A stretch of 64,000 nt of DNA from Piromyces finnis finn. Taxonomy: Eukaryota > Fungi > Neocallimastigomycota. Positions 48,594 to 62,700 of the stretch are shown here, one piece after another; within the stretch, counting starts at the first letter, position 1; each line of letters begins with the position of its first letter. A program made the translations under genes and the position numbers. The notes below the pieces were generated by a model, which searched no databases, had not been told where the DNA came from, and saw only the letters and a list, made by a program, of their open reading frames with translations. The stretch is taken from the NCBI GenBank assembly GCA_002104945.1, contig MCFH01000034.1, positions 124,001-188,000 on the forward strand, read 5' to 3'.

Positions 48594-51410
48594 TTTTTTT
48601 TATTAAAAGGGATATTTTTTTTTTTTTTTGTGAAATATATATGAATTAATTTTATTTTAATTATTAATTATTATAATTAACATTTAGGTGGTCATGATGT
48701 AGTACACATTATATTTATATAGATATTTTTTTTTTTTTTAAAAAAAAGGGAATTTTTTTTTTTAATTTGTTACATCAAAATTTATAAATTATATGTTGTT
48801 ATAAATTTAATTTTTACCCATATTGTTTTTTTACCATTTATTATAATATTATTACAAAGTCATTTTTTTAATTTTAATATTCCATATATTATTTTAATTT
48901 ATATTTCTTTTGGTTTTTATTATTCTTTAAATATATAATATAGAAGATTATTATTATTGCAAATATTTTTATGATAATATTATACTGAAAAGCTATATTT
49001 TTTTAATATACATTATTTTATTGCTTTCATTTATGTATTTTATATTATTATACAGAGTATAATAAAATAAAATGAATAATTATAATGAATAATTAAATAA
49101 TAAAATTACTAGTAAAAATAGTATTTATATATTTATTATATTTTATATATTTCCATATATTGCTTCTTAATATATTAATTTATAATTATATTAGCTTCTA
49201 AATGAAAATTAAAAATATTTATAGAAAAATTCCTTTCTGCTTTTTATAATTCTTATTATGTTTTAATATGTTTTTATTTTTATATTATGATATATACTTT
49301 GATATTAATTATTTTAGTAGATTTCTAAATTCCCATAAAATATCAATCACAAAATAAAAGTTTATTTCATTATGGTAGTATAAATAATATTAAAAGTATT
49401 ATATATATTTTTTATAATAAGATTGATATTATATTCCAATAAATTTTTTATTTTATTATGAAATAAGGTTAAAACTTTATTATATACAGAGTTTTTTTAC
49501 AGGATACATTTTAAAGACAATAAAGGAAATAAATATTAATTTATCTTAAAGCATTAATATAATTGTTATAGGAAAAATTAAATTTTTTATAATACCTTTC
49601 TTTTATATTATTTTCTAATATAATATATAATCTATAATATTATATATTAGTTTAATCCTATTTTTGAGTAATGTACCGAAGTTAGTAGAAAAAAAAGGCA
49701 TATTTAAATTAAAACTAAAATATTTCAAAAATTTTCTTTAACTTTTTAACAAAAATCTTAGTCATATATTAAAATAATGTCATTTTTGTCTTATTTTTTA
49801 CATCCTTATTAGGAAAAACTAAATATCATGTAGTTAACTAATTTGGCTATTAGTGACGATGAAAGAATGATAAAATGAAACCAAAGAGACTGAGAAAAAG
49901 TTAAAGCTGAAAAATATATTAACTATTTAAGTATATATAGAAATATAGAAAATTGCACTAGTAAAATTTTTCATTGGTATCATATTCCAAAGTTCTTGTA
50001 TATTATATATATTTTTTAAAAGATTATATATAAATATATATTTAAATAGTTTCCTAATACTATCATTTTTTAGGGTAATTTTATATATTTTCAGATATAT
50101 ACAATAATTATATTTTATAGTTTATAATTTTAAGTCTTTATTTTTTCCACCTTTTTATTATTTATGTCTTCTATTGTCAATTTTATGATTAATATATAAT
50201 GAATATTTTATGTATTAATTATTTCCTTTAATAATATTTTATACATATTTTAAAAAAGTTATTTATTATTTCTAATTAAATGTCAATACATTTAATTCTT
50301 AATTAATCCTTATAGAGTGTGTAGTAGCGTAGTAGCATATAGTATTATTTATTACATAAAATACTATAATATATTATATATATTACTTATTATTTAATAT
50401 CCTAAAAGTTTAATTATTATGTAGAACTAAATTAACTTAATATTATTAAAAACAGTAGTTATAAATATATTAAAAGAATAATTTATTAAAAAAAAGTAAC
50501 TTATATTACAGATAAATCATAATAAATTAAAAAAATTAAAGTTAATTGTAATATAGAATTATTAAGTGTGCAAAAGCAAAATTGGTCAACAGCAACATAT
50601 GAATTTTTGTAATAAAATTTATGTATTATTATATTAATATATTATATTAATATATATAAATTTAAAATATAAATTAATAGATATTATTACGACAAGTATA
50701 ATATAAAGTAAGAGATAGAGTTAAAACCGAAAAAGAGTATAAAAGTCAATTGATTATCAATCAATATATCATGTATATTCCACACTATAAAAAATTATCT
50801 AAGAGATTTATTATTTATTAAAACAAGAAAATATATATGTATGTAAAATATATTAATTAAATATAATTATAATTGTAAATATTAAATATTATATAACAGA
50901 ATTTTGATGAATTAATGTTATTGTCTAACAAATAGTCTCAAATATTGAATATTTATTTATTTTCATTTACTACTAATAATTTTTTTTATGATACAAAACC
51001 CCGAGCTTTTGATATTAAAGTAATTTATATAGGGTTAAGGTAATAATAAATAAAATAATTAATAGAAACTTTTGGAATAATAAATAAAATATATCAAGTT
51101 TATGATATAATAACAATAAATAGTAACTAAAAGATATCTTAAAATGATTATTAAATGGAATATATTTTTTCAACAGAGTTTCCTATTAATATATTAAATA
51201 AGTAATAATATTATGATAATTTATTTATTCTAAAAATGAATATTACTTTATTAAAATATCTATTAAAATATTTATAAGAATTAAAAATATTAATTAAATA
51301 ATTAAAATAAAATGTTTATAAAGAGTTGTATTTATTATTTTTTTTAAAAAAAAAAGTATAAAATACAAAATCATATGCAAAATCATAACCATTTTTATAA
51401 ACTTTGCATA

Positions 51411-51915
51411 TTTTTTTTTTTTTTTTTAACTTCCGAGTGTATTTCTCCCATCGATCAGAGTTAGCTCCAATGGTGGTTCTTAGAGAAACGTTGGCTCATT
51501 CCTATTGCTAGGTGGTTGTGACCCTCCTGGTCTGTCATACTGTTTCTTCAGCTTCGACGCTCACTTAATCCATGTACATTAGATGCATGTCGTTGTACGA
51601 TATTTCACAACTACAATACTAAGCCTCTTATAGTCAATTTGATCACGTGTCAACCGCCCCCTAATGTTTACACTTAAATTGATTAAGGAATATTATGTGT
51701 TTTTGGCATAGCCTAAGTCACCACTTATTAAGTTCTAATTTGGAATGTACCATGTAAACTAGACCCTCTCAGGCCGGCTAGACGAGTGTTATTATCATAG
51801 TAGTAAATTAGAAAGTTCATTTATACTTACCTGAATATCATAACCCAACCCATGGCAAACCCAGTGGGAAAATCCACAGGCACTGACATCTGCGGGGTCG
51901 AACCAGAAGCCTTTC
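51411..51915 (-). mobile_element. Candidate SINE / non-autonomous non-LTR element (~500 bp) with LINE-like tail and poly-A
   Basis: Poly-T at 51411-51427 (poly-A on minus). 51436-51617 is shared with 19732-19913 and resembles the LINE ORF end. GC-rich non-coding head with B-box-like GGTTCGACCCC at 51904-51894. Confidence 0.55.
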
Positions 51916-53314
51916 TAAGAATATAATAGGAAGATATATATATGATCATATAAATAAAAGTAATGTGTTTAAGCATTTTTTTTAATATAAAATATACATT
52001 CTTTAAATCTTGTCAGAAATAACTTTACACTTAAATTTATTTATAAAATTATATGGATTTTATAATCTTTTATTTATTTATATTTATTTTTTATAATATA
52101 AATATTGTAAATTTCTTAAGTTTTTTTTAAAAATAACCAAAGAATAAAAAATGCAGTACAATATTAATTTATAATTTTATAAAATAAATACATAAAATAC
52201 ACATTAAATATTATATTGGAATGTATTTTATTTTTACAAATATGAATAAATGAATTTAAGTTTTATTAAATATTACATTTTTATATAAGGCTTAATATAA
52301 TATATATGCAATTCAATCTATAACCATATATATAAAAGTTATAAAAATTTTTAGTTATTTACATGTATAATTTTGTTTATTATATAAAGTAAAATGATAA
52401 AAAAAGTTATTTATAATACTATATTTTTAAATTAAATAAAGACATTCCTTTTTTTTTTCATTTAAATATGCAAAAAAAAGACTTTTATAATCATGATATA
52501 AAAAAAGCAATGTAGGAATAAAAAATATGAATCTATATTATATTCTAAAAAATTTTTCAGGAGGTGGACTTTATTATATATAGTTTTATATTTAATCTTT
52601 TTATGTTGTATAAATACATTTATTAATAAAAAAGTAAATTAAATTCTTAATAAAAAATTTAGAATTAAAAATATAATATCATATGACAAAATAAATACAA
52701 TAATTTTGTTTATTCTTTTTTATTGGTTTATTTTCTGATAATTACAGGAAAAAAAATCTTTTTTTTTAAAGATTTAATTTTTTAAATTATTTAATTTTTT
52801 ATTAAATAGAGTTTAATATATATTATTGGTGTAAATTATTATGAAGTTATGTACTTATTTAATTAGTAAATTATTCTATAGAGTACAAATAATGATGATA
52901 TTAACTTTAAGTAATATAGAAATTGGTGTATGTTTTCCTTTCTTATTATGTTAGCAGTACTTTATAGAATTAAATAAATAGTTATATTTAATCCTTTATT
53001 CTCTATAAAATAATAATTTATTTTGAGTTTATGTAATATTATTTTTTTTATTATTTATTTTTTAAGATAAAAAATTTATAATATAAAATTATACATATAA
53101 TAAAACAAATTATAAATTATTCTTAAATTAATTCGTGTAACATTATATTTATTATATAAAAATAGAAATTAGTTGTAAACTCAAAGTTGAAAAAGTGATA
53201 TACTCTTTTAATAACTCTAATATCCCATTGATAATTGGTGATATAGATGGAAAATATTTAAATTTTTATTTACAAAATTACAAAATAAATCAATATGATG
53301 AATTAATTATTGTT

Positions 53315-53360
53315 CTAGGTTTTTTTTGATTTTAGCCAGACTTTTAGCCAGGAAATTTTC
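53315..53360 (+). mobile_element. Short internally deleted copy of the MITE-like family
   Basis: ctaggttttttttgattttagccagacttttagccaggaaattttc matches both ends of the reverse complement of 20161-20239. Confidence 0.45.
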
Positions 53361-55470
53361 AAAAAAATGGAAAAACTTTAGAATAATTATTAATTCAGCA
53401 TAATTATTTCTTCTTATTTGAAATAAATAGTATCTTTTTTTTTTCATTATTTAAATTGCTATCATATTCATAACATTTTAAAATATTTATATTAATAATA
53501 TTATAATATTATATAATATTATAATTATAATTAATGTTTAATATATATATGAATTAATACATCTTTATTGTATTTACTTTTATTTAAAGTATATAATTAA
53601 TAATAAGCTTTTTTTTAAAAGTTTTATGTTTAATTGAATTAAAAAAAATTGTTTTATTTTTTTTTATTTAAAACATTACTAAAATATTAATATATTTCAA
53701 ATTAAAATTATGTCCTAATTTGGAAAGTCAATACATTTTAAATATATGAGAAAATTAAATTTGTCAATTAAATGAAAAGAAAAAAAAAGTAATTATATAA
53801 TAATTATTTAATAAATTAAATAAATAAATTTTTAATTAAAATAGAAATTAAATGTTACATATTTTTATTTATAATTTCTCTTTTTTAATATAAAAAAATT
53901 TAAGTTTAAAAATGATAATTATGTTTTTTTTTTTAGAAGAAAAAGGTAAAATGAGTAAATAAAAAAGTAAAAGTAATTTTTTTCGATATTTACGAAGTTT
54001 ATCTGGGTTGTAATTGAAAGATTATTATGTTGTTCAATAAAAATTTATTATTGGATTTTTTTAAGTTCTTGATATAATTTATATTATGTGTTAAAAAAAC
54101 AATCTAAAAATTTAAATTATAATGATATGAAATATAAAATTAGAGAAATAAACAAACAAATGGATGTATGGATAAATCAGTATTAGTAAATATAGTGTAT
54201 ATATTAATATTAATTCTATTTCAATTAAATATATTTATTTACCTTTTTATTAAATCATTTTCTTTTTTCTTTTAATAAATTTAATACTTTTTTATTTTAA
54301 AAATAAAAACAAGAAACTTCCTTTTTTAGATATATTATATATGATATATGTATTAAAATTTTTAAAGTGTTAAAAGTAATAAATAATTAATTAAATAAGA
54401 AAACAAATAGATTGATAAACAAACAAATAAACGTTCAAATAAAACGATTAATAATAAACAAATGATTTAGAGATAAAAAATGAATAGTTTAATGGCAAAA
54501 TTATGCTAGTAGAAATATATTATACTTAAAAATAATGAAATCGAAAAAAACTAAATTATAAAAGTCAAATATATATATTTATGGTTATTAGAATGTTGTG
54601 TGGAAAAACCATAAATAATTATTGTTTTTTTAGATAGCTTTTTTTTTCTAAAAATATTTATTATATTTTAAGGTTTGATTTAAATGTAATATGGATAATA
54701 TAAGTTATTAAAAAATTAATTTATTTATTATTAATGTTTCATGTCTAATTAAAAGAAAAAGCAAAAACAAAAACAAATATAAAACTTCTTTTTTTGAACA
54801 AATCAAAATAAAGAAATTTATTACTGAAAAGAAATTTAAAATAAAAAAAAAAGATATAATAAATAATTATAAAAATGTATTTAAAATATTCCTTAGTTAA
54901 ATGCTTTTATGATCATTTGTAATTGAATAAATATTTATTTAAGAATATTGATAACTATAGTTAATAAATTACATAAACTTTTTTAAATAAACATTTAAAT
55001 TATTTACAAATATATTACCAATAAGTTAATGGTGGTAATTAATGTAATTAATAAATATATATTTTTTAGTTTTAATCAATAAAAATCTATTATTGAATAT
55101 TGAATACCTAGAACATATAATATATTTATAAAGATAATATATTTATTGATATATTAGTTTATTTCTAAACTTTAATATTATATAATTTCAAGTATTTAAA
55201 TTATGGATAAAATAATAATATTACAACAATAAAGAAATAAGAAGAAAATATTCTTTTCTTATTTATAGCAGCAATATTTTATCCTAATGAAAATGCATTT
55301 TTAATTGAAAAGAATACAATATTTAACATGATTGTTTATTAATTAAATTTAGTATTCACTGACTTTAAAATAGAATTTTTTTATACTATCTTGTTGGATT
55401 TTAAAAAAAGATTTGTTCCAAAATACTACATTATACATAATATAATTGAATATTAATATATTTTAATATA

Positions 55471-55522
<52 letters not shown>

Positions 55523-56582
55523 GAAAAATACAGATTAATAAAATTAAAAAAATAATTAATGAAATAAGAGAAACATATTTATAATTAACTTAACAATATA
55601 TTATAATTTATTTATATTAATAAATTATCCTAATTTGATTAATCTTAACTTTATTTAATATATTTTTGTTTAGAAATAAGAAAAAAAGAAATTAGACTGA
55701 ATTAAATAATATATATCAATATATTATTTTAATATAAGTTTGAAATGTAATAAAGGTATACAGCTTTTTATAATTTTTAAATATTTATATTTCTTCGAAG
55801 TATATATAAAGAAAAGAATCACTTCAATTTTTTTCTTTTATACTTTTAATATTTATTAAAGATTTTTATTATAAATTAGACTTATATACCTTTTTTTACA
55901 TTTACTAGAGAAGTTAAATTTTGTTGGGGAATACTTTTTAATTAAAAAAAAAAGGATATAAAATAATTTATCATTTAAAAAAAAAAGAAATTATAAATAA
56001 CAATACGAATAATATATATTTATTAAAATTATAATAATAGAAAACAACATTAATACTCAATAAGAGTTATTTGATTTATAATTTAAGTTTTTTATAAAAA
56101 ACAAAATAATTAGTGTGTAGATATTGATACATTATAAAAAGTATACTCTATTTTTAAAAACTATTTATATTAAATACCAAAAACTTTTTTAATTAGTAAA
56201 TAATACATTTTCTCCTTTTTTTTATTAAAAGATTGAGAAATTATAATTTTATAAAGCAAAGTGAAATTTTTATAATTTAAGAATAAAAGGTAAAAAAAAA
56301 TATTTAATTAGTATATATATTTCTTTTTCTTTTAAATATGTAAAATTTTAATATTAAATGTACATAAAGAATAGTAAATTAGAATTTTTTTTTTTAAAAA
56401 GGAAATATTCAATTTGTTATATGAGTATATTATATAATAATAATAATAGTAGTAATAATAATAAAAAGGAATATGATATGATAAGAAAGAATTATATAAA
56501 TAAATGTATATATATATATAAAAGAATTAGAAAAGTATAAAATATAAAAGTATTATCATAAAAAAAGTTGCATTATTTAGTT

Positions 56583-56584
<2 letters not shown>

Positions 56585-56662
<78 letters not shown>

Positions 56663-56664
56663 AT
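56585..56664. repeat. (AAAT)n microsatellite just upstream of the PKS start
   Basis: Direct reading, about 20 units. Confidence 0.95.
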
Positions 56665-56722
56665 ATATTATTAATTATATATTTTTTCAAAAATATGTAT
56701 TTTTTTTAGATAATAAACTAAA

Positions 56723-59700
56723 ATGGCTACTGATATTGTTTACAATATTATTAAAACTATCGAACCAGAAGCTGTTCCAGAAAAGTTTGAAGAATTCAAT
56801 CCAAAAGTAAAATTTTCAGAATTAAATATTGCTCCAGAAAAATATGTTGATATTGAAATTGCTGTAAGCAAAGAACTCAACCGTCGTTGCTATATTTCAA
56901 TTTATTTGGCCGACAGTACTCCAGAAAAGTTAGAACAATTCATTGGTTATGCAAAATATGTAAATAGCTCATTTAACAAAAAGCTTGAATCACCAAAATA
57001 TATGGTACCAATTGCCGTTATTGGTATGGGTATTCGTTTACCAGGTGGTATTAATACTCCAACCAAGTATTGGAATGCTTTAGTAAATGGAAAAGATTGT
57101 ATATCACCAACTCCAAATAATCGTCATCTTCACCATTTCTTAAGACCAAACTGTCCACATAACGAATTAGGTCCATATGATCATTATGTTCATCGTGCTG
57201 GTTATTATGATGTTGTTCCAGATGCTGCACCAATTACTGATTTTGATCCAACTTTCTTTAACATTTCTCCATTAGAAGCAAAATTTACTGAACCAAAGTT
57301 TCGTTGGGTCTATGAAACTGTTTATGAAGCTTTCCAAGATGCTTGTATCGATATTTCTGAGTTAAATGGTTCTCGCACTGGTATTTATTGTACTGTTGGT
57401 GGTACATTTGATTACATTGGTTTAACTAAGGCTTTCGTTAGTGGTCAAACTATGACAAGTCAAACTATGCATGGTTCTGCTGCTTCTAGTTGTGCTGGTC
57501 GTATAGCATTTAATTATGGTTTCATTGGTCCATCTGATACCGTTGATACTGCTTGTTCCAGGTAGATAACTTTGATATATATTATATAATATTAATAAGA
57601 GAAATATTTAAAAATTGAAATATCACTTATTAAATAAATTATAAAATTTAGAAGGATAAATAAATTATTAAAAATTTAATGGGTTATTGTAGTTTATAAA
57701 TACAAAGATTAATTTATAACTAACAGTTAATAATATTTTTTTATGATTTTGAATAATTATATATTATTTTATTTTAAATAAACTATAGTGGTTTAAATGA
57801 TGTCAATAATGCTTGTAAGTCTCTTTCTTGTGGTGACACTGATATTGCTGTAGCATCTGCTGTTCACCATCAATATGTTAGTACTCAATTCCATGTTATC
57901 TCTGTTGCTCACATGGCTTCTCAAACTGGTCGTTGTGCTACCTTTGATGCTTCCGCTGATGGTTATGCTCCAGGTGAAGGTTGTATCAGTCTTGTTCTTA
58001 AGCGTTTAGATGACGCTCTTACTAACCATGATCGTATTTATGGTGTTATCACTGGTATTTCTACTTCTCAATCTGGTTCTAGACCATCTATTTCTTCTCC
58101 AGCTATCATTCCACAAGTTATGAATATCAAAAATGCTTTACAAATTGCAAATGTTACTCCAGAAGAAGTTGATTATGTTGAAGCACACGGTACTGGTACA
58201 CCATTAGGTGATGCTATTGAGACTGAAACATTAAATAAAGCTTTTGGTGGTAGTCATACTGAAAAGAAACCATTAGTTGTTGGTAGTGTCAAAACAAATA
58301 TTGGTCACACCGAAGAAGTATCAGGTTTAGCCGGTTTAACTAAGGTTATTTTATCCATGTCTCACCGTATTATTCCACCACATCTTCATTTAAATACTTT
58401 AAATCCAAAAATTGATCTTTCTGTTATTCCAATGTCTATTCCACAAAAGAAGAGTATTTGGAAGTGTCCACGTGGTAAAAAGAGAATTGGTCTTGTTTCT
58501 TCCTTTGGTTTACAAGGTAGTGTTGCTAATGCTGTTATTGAAGAATTCAAGCAACCAAAGAGTAGTGATATTCGTTACGAACAAGGCTATGATCTCTCTA
58601 TGTATCATATATTAACTATTAGTGGTAAGAACAAGAATGCTATTATACAACAAATCGAAGAATATATTCGTATCTTTGAAGCTATGAATGAAGAAGATTC
58701 TATAGCAGATATTTGTTACAGTAGTAATATTGGTCGTCAACACTTTGCTTACCGTTGCTCTGCTAGTGGCCGTAACGCTCCAGAATTAATCGAATCTTTA
58801 ACAGATTTATTGCAACGTATGACTTCTGTTCGTCGTTATCTTCCAAAATCTTCCGCCTTTGCTTTCACTGGTCAAGGTGTTGCTAAGGTTGGTATGGGTA
58901 AGCATTTCTATCAAACTCAACCAGTTTTCCGTAAGGCTATGGACAAATGCGATGAAGTTACTCGTCGTCTTCTCGATGTTTCTATTGTCGAAGTTCTTTA
59001 CAATATCTCAAATTCTCCAAATGGTGTCGAAGAAGGTGAAAAGGCTCTTAAGAAATCTTCAGTTGCTCAACCAGCTTTATTTGCTTATGAATATGCTATG
59101 AGTCAACTTTGGATTAGTTGGGGTGTTGAACCATCAATGGTTCTTGGTCATTCACTTGGTGAAATCGTTGCTACAACTATTGCAGGTGGTATTGACTTTG
59201 AATTAGCTATGGAATTTATTGTTCAAAGAGCTTCTTGCATGGAAAAGTATGGTGTAAAACCAGGTACAATGGTTTCTGTATTTACTACTCAAGATGTTGT
59301 TGAAGAAGCAATTGAAGAATTTGGTTTTGAAAATGTATCTATTGCTGCTATCAATGGTACCACTCAAATTGTTATTTCTGGTAATACTGATGAAGTTAAG
59401 GAATTAGAAGAATACTTCACACAACAAGAAATTAAGGCTAAACAATTAAATGTTACTGAAGCCTTCCATTCTGCTCTTATGGATCCAGCTATTGAAAAAT
59501 TATATGAATGGATTAATACTAAACCAGATGAAAAGTTCCGTCAACCATTAAAGTATGGTCTTATTTCTAATGTTACTGGTGAACTTATTGAGGCTGGTGA
59601 ACGTCTTCCAAAGAATTATTGGGGAGAACATGCTAGAAATGCTGTTCAATTTGTTAAGGCTGTTGAAACCCTATTAGCTAATAGTGAAACTTTATTAAAT

Positions 59701-62700
59701 GTTATTGAAGTTGGTCCAGCTAATGTTTTAACTAATATGAGTTCTCGTATTTTACGTGAAAAGAGAATTGACAAATTTGCTACTCCATTCTTCGTTGCTT
59801 CTGCTGCTCCTCGTGTAGAAGAAGAAAGGGGATTATTTGAAGCTGTAACTAAGGTTTATAATGTTGGTATGAACATTAAATGGAAGAACTTCCACCACCG
59901 TGAAGATATTAATACACATGTTTGTCCAATCCTTAAGAAGGTTAGTATTCCACTTTATCCATTCCAACGTTCTCGTTACTGGGCTGGTCCGGATACAACC
60001 AAATATGATATTCCATTTGCTATGGGTATAGATCCTTGTGAAATTAATAGAATAGCAAAGGAAGTTGGTTACAAAATGGAAGGCTTTTCCAATGAAGGTA
60101 AAAATGAAAATGATGAAAATGGCGAAGTAGAAGATGAATATAACAATGAATTTTCTAATGAACAATTTAATCGTTTTGAAACACCAACTGTTGTTGATCT
60201 TGATATGAATAGTAATTCTGGTCAAAAGTCTGCTTCTGAATCAAACATTATTATTACTGTTCCATTAAGTACTCAATACATTCGTTTCTTAAGAAGAAAG
60301 CATCAAATTTCTTCAACTGGTTTCAGTCCAGCTACTTCCTATATTGATTTTGTATTCTATGCTTTAAAATACGCTTATCCAAACGAACAATTTAAGATTG
60401 ATGAATACTTCATTACTAACGGTCCATTAAAGCTTACTGATGATCAAGAAGTTGTTTATATTATGATTAAGAAGGGTGAAGAAGTCACTATTTATTCACA
60501 AAGTCGTGGTAGTCCACAAGAAGTTAGAGGATCTGTCATGATATCTGTAGTTAATAATCTTGATAATGAAGAAGCTACTTCCAAGCTTGATTTTGATATT
60601 AAAAAGGATTATGTCGAAAAGTATTTAACTGTTGAAAATGCTAATAAATCACCAAACTATGGTGAAGGTAAAGAATTATATCAAGAATTAGATAAGAGTA
60701 TTGTTTATGGAAGCTTCTTTAGATCAGTTAAATCTTTCTACTCTGGTAAAGATGAAAATGGTCATGATTTCCTTGTTAGTCATATTATGCATAATGTTTC
60801 AGATAAAGATGAATCTCTTGTTAATTCTGGTGCATCCCAAGTCGGTATATTAGATGCTTGTATTCATTGTATGGGTGGTGATGGTATTATTAGCAACAGA
60901 AATAATACTAACAATGAAAAGTCTAAAGATACTTTCCTCCCAACTTCATTTGAAGGAATTATTAAATATAAGGATATTCCAAATGAAGTATATGTTCTTC
61001 ATCGTGTAAAGAATGTTAACGAAACCTCAAAGTTTACTGAATACTTTGTTTTCAATACTGAAGGAAAGCTTGTTTTCTCTACTGATAATTTCCAAGTCAA
61101 GAAATTCGATACTACTCAAATTTCTAAAAATAATGATTTCGTTTTATGCAATGTTGAATGGACTGAATATCCAGTTAAACCAATTGTTAACGGTGGACTT
61201 CATGTTATTGTAATTAAGGATAAGAAGGGTTATGCTGATGCTTTTATTAAAGCATTAAAGGATCGTAACATTACTGAAAATGTTATTGGTATTGATCTTC
61301 CATTACAAGATAATTCCAATTCCACATTTGTTAATTGTTACCGTGCCATTAAGGCAAAGAGTACAGCTGAAGGTATTCTTGCTCTTTACAACTTTTCTTT
61401 ACTTGACCTTGAAGAATACACTACCAAAGAAACTGGTGATGAATTAGTAAAGAAATACAAGGACTTTTACATTAATTCTCTTGAAACTACTCAAGCTTTC
61501 GTTCGTACAACTAGTGAAATGAAGCTTAAGAGAACTATAGCATTTGTTACTATGGCTTGTTCAGCAATTAATTCATCTGGTGCTAACGTTAATCCATTAG
61601 GTTATCTTGTTCTTGGTATTTTAAAGAATGCCAATCACGAATTCTTAGATATTCATGGTTGTTCCTTTGATCTTGAAGCTGGCACTCCAATTGATATTGC
61701 TACTAACCAATGTATTGATGAAATTCTTGGTGGTGTTGACCGTTATGATATGCCATACAATATTGCTTATAAGGATGGTAAGCGTATGACAGCTGTTCTT
61801 ACCTATGATAGAAGTTATGATAGAGCTATTACTGAACCAGTTAGTGGTAATCTTTTAATCACAGGTGGTTTAGGTGATGTTAGTATGGATGTTATTGAAA
61901 ATTTGTTATCTGATAAGGAAACTAAACTTGACCACATCTTCCTTTTGGGTAGATCTAGTAAAACTAGTACTAAGGTTGAAGATAAATTAGATCGTATTGA
62001 AAAAATTAAAAAGGCCAATAATAAGAAAACTGAAGTTGAATACTATTGTTGTGATATTTCCAATGGAGATTCATTAAATGACGTATTCAATGATATCCGT
62101 AAGCGTCAAGGTTTACAAATTAATGGTATCTTCCATACCGCTGGTACTAATGATGATACTTTATTCTTAACTCAAACTTACGAAAAGTTTGAAAAATTAG
62201 CTCCAGCTAAGGTTATTGGTACTCATAATATTATTAAGTACACAGAAGATTTTAAGGATGAATTAAAGTTTATCATTTTAACTTCTTCTCTTACTGCCCT
62301 TTCTGGTTTAACTGGTCAAACCAATTATACTGCTGCTAACATGTTTATTGATGCCATTGCTAGATATTGTAGAAACCATGGAAGAAATAATGTTATGTCT
62401 TTAGAACTTTGTGGTTGGTCTGGTGCAGGTAATGCTGATGTTTTATCTTCAAGATCTGAAGTTTTTGTTCTTGACAAAATTGGAGGTGGCAATATGTTTA
62501 AATTATTATTTAAGCTTGGCGGTCAAACTAAGGAAAGTTGCTGTGTTGGTTTCCCTGATGTTAGTCATGAAAATTGTGATGAAGCCATTTTCCACGATTA
62601 TCTTTACCGTGTTAATTTACGTCCAAAGAATCGTCCAAGAACTGATCTTACTACTTTATCTCATCATAATCTTGGTCAACATGATATTGAAATTTCAGAA

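Noticed and set aside
51824-51925. atacttacctg resembles the U1 snRNA 5' end
   Set aside because: No U1-70K loop (GATCACGAAG-like), no ATTGCAC loop and no Sm site downstream. Better explained as the antisense of caggtaagtat within the SINE-like element.
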